Source: Hypanus sabinus (lineage: Eukaryota). Taken from it: 64,000 bases of DNA. The stretch covers positions 174,778,001 through 174,842,000 of the forward strand of contig NC_082710.1 of assembly GCF_030144855.1 (NCBI RefSeq), read 5' to 3'. Positions 59,901-64,000 of this stretch are shown one piece after another. Position 1 is the first letter of the stretch. Each line of letters begins with the position of its first letter. A program made the translations under genes and the position numbers. The notes under the pieces are model-generated. The model did not search any database. It had not been told where the DNA came from and saw only the letters and a list, made by a program, of their open reading frames with translations.

Positions 59901-62900
59901 AACAAGTGCCACACCTGCCCCTACACCTCCTCCCTCACTACCATTCAGGACCCCAAACAGTCCTTCCCGGTGAGGCGTCATTTCACATGTGAGCCTGTTG
60001 GGGACACCTACTGTGTCTGGTGCTCCTGGTGTGGCTTCCTGTATATCGGTGAGACCCGACATAGATTGGGAGTCTGCTTCATCAAGCAACAATGCCCCAA
60101 CCACCATAAACAGTGGGATCTCCCAGTGGCCACCCACCCATTTTAATTCCATTTCACATTCCCATTCTGACACGTCTATCCATGGCCTCCTCTGCTGTTG
60201 TGATGAGGCCACTCATAAGTTGGAGGAACAACACATTTTATTCCATCTGGGTAGCCTCCATCCTCATGGCATGAACATTAATTTCTCAAAATTCCAATAG
60301 TGGCCCTCCCCCTTCATCATTCCGCATTCCCATTTTCCTCTCTCACATTATCTCTTTACCTGCCCAGTATCTCCCTCTGGTGCTCCTCCTCTTCCCTTCA
60401 ATCTATGGCCTTCTGTCCTCTCCTCTCGGATTCTCTCTCCTCCTGCCCTTTATCTACTTCCCGGCTCTTTACTTCATGCCCTTCTCCTCTCCCTATCACC
60501 TACTCCTGTATTTCTTCCACCCCTCCTGAGGAAGAAAAATAGTAAGACATTGTGACGAACATGAAGGGGTTAATGATCTTCTAGTATGTGAATTCAAAGT
60601 CTGTAATCACTTATCTGCTACTGATGTACACTGTGTGACTGAAGTGTGCTTTCTAGACAGGATGGCAAAATAACTAAGTCTGTGCTTCCTTGTTCTGAGC
60701 ATTATCACATGTCTGTGCTTGGGAAAGCCTGATACACTGTCCTGAGAACTAACACTTAAGAAAATGTATAACTACTCAAGGACATATAGTGCAACTTTGC
60801 TATTCTACCGAGTTGTAGTTGAAGTTGCCTCTTTTTCAGATTAAGTGCTTTTTGTCACGTACGCCTGGGGTGTAAATAAGAGTGTAATCCGTTGTCGAGC
60901 AGAGTCTCAGAACTCCCAATTTATTCTGTGACTGAACTCAGACTTGTGGAAAGACAGTGGAAACACACCAGTGAGCGCTCATAGTGTGAATAAAGCTTTG
61001 TGCCATCTTAACTGAAACTGAAATCCTAGACGGGAAAAGCGGGAAATGTGAGCAGTCGATCGGCTAGCACTGATCCTGCTAACAAACCAAAGAGTTCCGG
61101 AGGTAAGACAAAGGCTTTGAACACTCAACTGCAAGTAGGAAAAAAGACCGCAAAAAAAAAGATTAAAAATATAAAACTGCACCGCCAGCAAATAGGAGGC
61201 CCCTTAGTCCCAGCTGGATCCCCGGCAGATATGGTAATCAGAGAGACCGGAGACGATCAATATCGATCGTTTCACATGTTATTGAAGTGGTCTAAAATGG
61301 TTGACAATGTATGCAGATCAGTGTTTTATTTGGAAATCATTGCGTACAGCACCAAATTGGTAGCTGAATTACAAAAGAGACATAAATGTGAACAAGATAT
61401 TGAACATATTCAAGTTGCTTAGTCACTTTTCTCCCTGCTGTCTTTGGCATTTACCCATCTTTGTCCAGACTAATAAATCCTCTTCCAGCAGAGAATTCCC
61501 ATTGGCATATCCAAATGACACTCACTTCAACGGTTCCTCAGCTTGTTTTTGATTTGATTCATGAGGCTAAAACCTCTTTCATGAGCAGCACTAGTTGTAA
61601 GAAAGGTTCTGCCATTGTCCGTCAGCTTTGCAAGGTCACAAAACTCTTCATTTTGAGTTGCAAATGTCACCATTTCAGACGAGCTAGTAATCGGTTAGGA
61701 TTTAATCTTTTCCTGTACAGTAAATTTGAAGTCGTTGTACTGCTTCACTATGACAGCAAGGAAATCAGGGTATTTTCCACACAAGGCACTGACCTGGTCT
61801 TTGCCAAAATGGAGGTCCCATCCCGCATGTACAGAAAAATCAAAAGCCGCCCATTGTACCTCACCCTCAGGAAACCTCTCTTCTCAATAAACACAGAGGT
61901 GGTTTATCAAGGTCACCAGAGAATTTGTAGCTCCTGTCACAAATTTGGCTGAGAAAAATGTAACTTTCTCACTCCAAGACACATTGTCTCCCAGATACTT
62001 CCTTCTTATCTCGTTAATTTTGCCTCGTGCAAAATGAAGTTCATCAATTGGCATTAATACACTCCTTTGCAGTCTTCAACAGCGCAGCCTGTTCTTTAGA
62101 GACATCATTTAAGACGACTAAAGCTATATTTATTCACTGTTTATCAAATTTCTGTGACAATATATCTTGTGATATATCTTATCATCCTCAGAATATACAA
62201 TCAATGCCTCGTACGTATTTATGATTGTCTGCAGTGCAACGCGTCTAGACAGTATCTCACTTTATTCAATGGTCTGAAAGCAAGAGCTTCATTCCCAGAG
62301 GAGTCTGCAATTCCTTTACATGTGCATCTTTTAGTTGAAGATTGAGAAAACACCCAGAAACCACGCAGGCCAGGCTCTTCTCTTGCTGCTGCCATCAGGT
62401 GGAGATACAAATGCCTCAGTTCTCAGACTCACCACCACCAGGTTCCCGAACAGTTACTACCCCCCAACCATTAGGCTCTTGAACAAAAGGAGACAGCTAC
62501 CCTCATTTAAGGACTCAGTTATATTGTTATTTCATGTTTGTTATTTATTTATATTTGCACGGCTTGTTTACTGTTTATAGTTCTGGATGTTTACAGTTAC
62601 TGTTCTATAGATTTGCGGAGTATACCCACAGGATGAGAATTTCAGGGTTGTACGTGGTCAGATGTATGTACTCTGACAATAAATCTTACTTTGAACTTTG
62701 ATAACATAAAGAAATGCAAACACATAATTTTTGCCTCTCCAGCTGTCCGGCGTTTGGACACACTTTTCCATTTGTTCATCGATGTGTTGGACTGAATGCA
62801 CGGAGGTATTCATTTTAACTGCCAGCAAAATGCTGTCAATAAGAACTTGATCTCCTCTGAGTTTGATCATTTTCGCTCTCGTTCATCCGCACAAAACGCA

Positions 62901-63895
62901 CGTAGGGCCTGTAGCGGGGTAATGGAGGATTTTGTCACCGAGGCTTTTGTACACCATTCATATGGAATTTGTTTGCTAAATGACATTTTAAAAGACAAGT
63001 TTCTAAATATTACTCCACTTCTTCCCACTTGCAAATTCCCCAGCAACTCTTGCATCCGTGACAATCCACACAGCTAACACCATTCTCTGCATTATATTTC
63101 TCAGAGCTGCAGGTTCCAAACTCACAAGCGTTCAGTGTAGCTTTTTCAATTGTTTAAGCCATTCCACTTCGAATGAACTCACTCTTCACTCGGCCTGAGG
63201 TCACCTGGACAGAACACTGTTCATCGTCACCATCAATATTTAACACCGTGATTCCCACAGTCCTGATCAACAAGCCATGAACACTACCTCTTTCTTTTTT
63301 AAAATTTGTGCCTCTATATGACTTATCTTATTTTAACTGTTTAATATGCACAAATATTCTTATTTTCTCTAATACCATGTATTGCATCGTACTGTTCCCT
63401 CAAAGACAGCAGATTTCACTATATGTGCCAGATTCTGACTTTGTATTGAGGACACATCTAACATGTCAAGGAGAGACGTTATGAATGCAATGGGAGGTGA
63501 GAACCCCTGACCATCACTGTCACTGAAGAGAGTGATGAGCAAATGGGTAGGCCGAGTAAACAGTAGACAAGTCCCCAGACTCTGATGGAAAGCATCCCGG
63601 GGAACTGACAGAAAGAGCTGACTTTATAGTAGATGTGTTTGTGGAAATTTACCAATTTTGCTTTGTGAGGAACAGTCCTGAATTTCAATATTCAGCCTCC
63701 CAGAGTGAATTGGAGGTCAGTGGTCAGTTCTTATTTAACGGCTTAGTGGGAAGAGAAAGATTTTGACCTGTTTGTGGGTATGGAAGGACAGTAAAGTCAT
63801 GGCATCATTCTGTATGAACCAATCCCCATCATTCTGCACTGACCTACAAACACACACTTACACGAATCAATCGCCCACACACTGGGGGAGATTTA

Positions 63896-64000
63896 CACTC
63901 AGTGGCCACGTTATTCGGTACATCCCACACATAATAAATTCTGTCTTAGTGTGCGTCTGTGCTCTAACACGTCCATTTCAATGTTCTATGTGTTGTTCAT
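63896..64000 (-). mobile_element. Tc1-type element end (mirror of 26753-26857)
   Basis: ta|cactcagtggccacgttattcggtaca TIR. Confidence 0.85.

Larger units (their letters stand above)
55054..64000 (-). repeat. Right arm of large inverted segmental duplication (continues past window end); mirrors the U1, minisatellite, Penelope composite, hAT fossil and Tc1 end
   Basis: Reverse complement of 26753-35459 with scattered SNPs and small indels. Confidence 0.97.

Noticed and set aside
58902-60212. 436-aa ORF as a novel gene
   Set aside because: Runs through antisense and frameshifted Penelope-like sequence; broken in the paralogous arm by a small deletion

Overview
Vertebrate genomic DNA, probably a cartilaginous fish such as a ray (inferred from the CR1/Rex1/Penelope-like/Tc1 repeat mix; not proven). 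It holds the 5' end of LSM2 (ATG-only coding exon 1 and exon 2, minus strand) followed by four intronless minus-strand cytosolic HSP70 genes, matching the LSM2-HSP70 linkage of the MHC class III region. The HSP70 copies are: A, a pseudogene; B, a divergent copy ending DEVD; and C and D, near-identical copies with heat-shock elements (HSEs). Three identical U1 snRNA genes are interleaved with the cluster. Main findings: (i) an inverted duplication of at least 8.7 kb whose inner breakpoint is at the U1 3' end and which predicts another HSP70 just beyond the window; (ii) a 'ghost' HSP70 unit with promoter remnant and 3' flank but no coding sequence; (iii) gene-conversion mosaics and CpG decay among copies; (iv) minimal hammerhead-ribozyme motifs at the ends of Penelope-like retroelements, one with intact core and helices; (v) an altered substrate-binding domain and X-box/CRE promoter in copy B. 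There is an assembly gap at 5438-6124. Boundaries of old transposon fragments are approximate, and all comparisons were made by eye.
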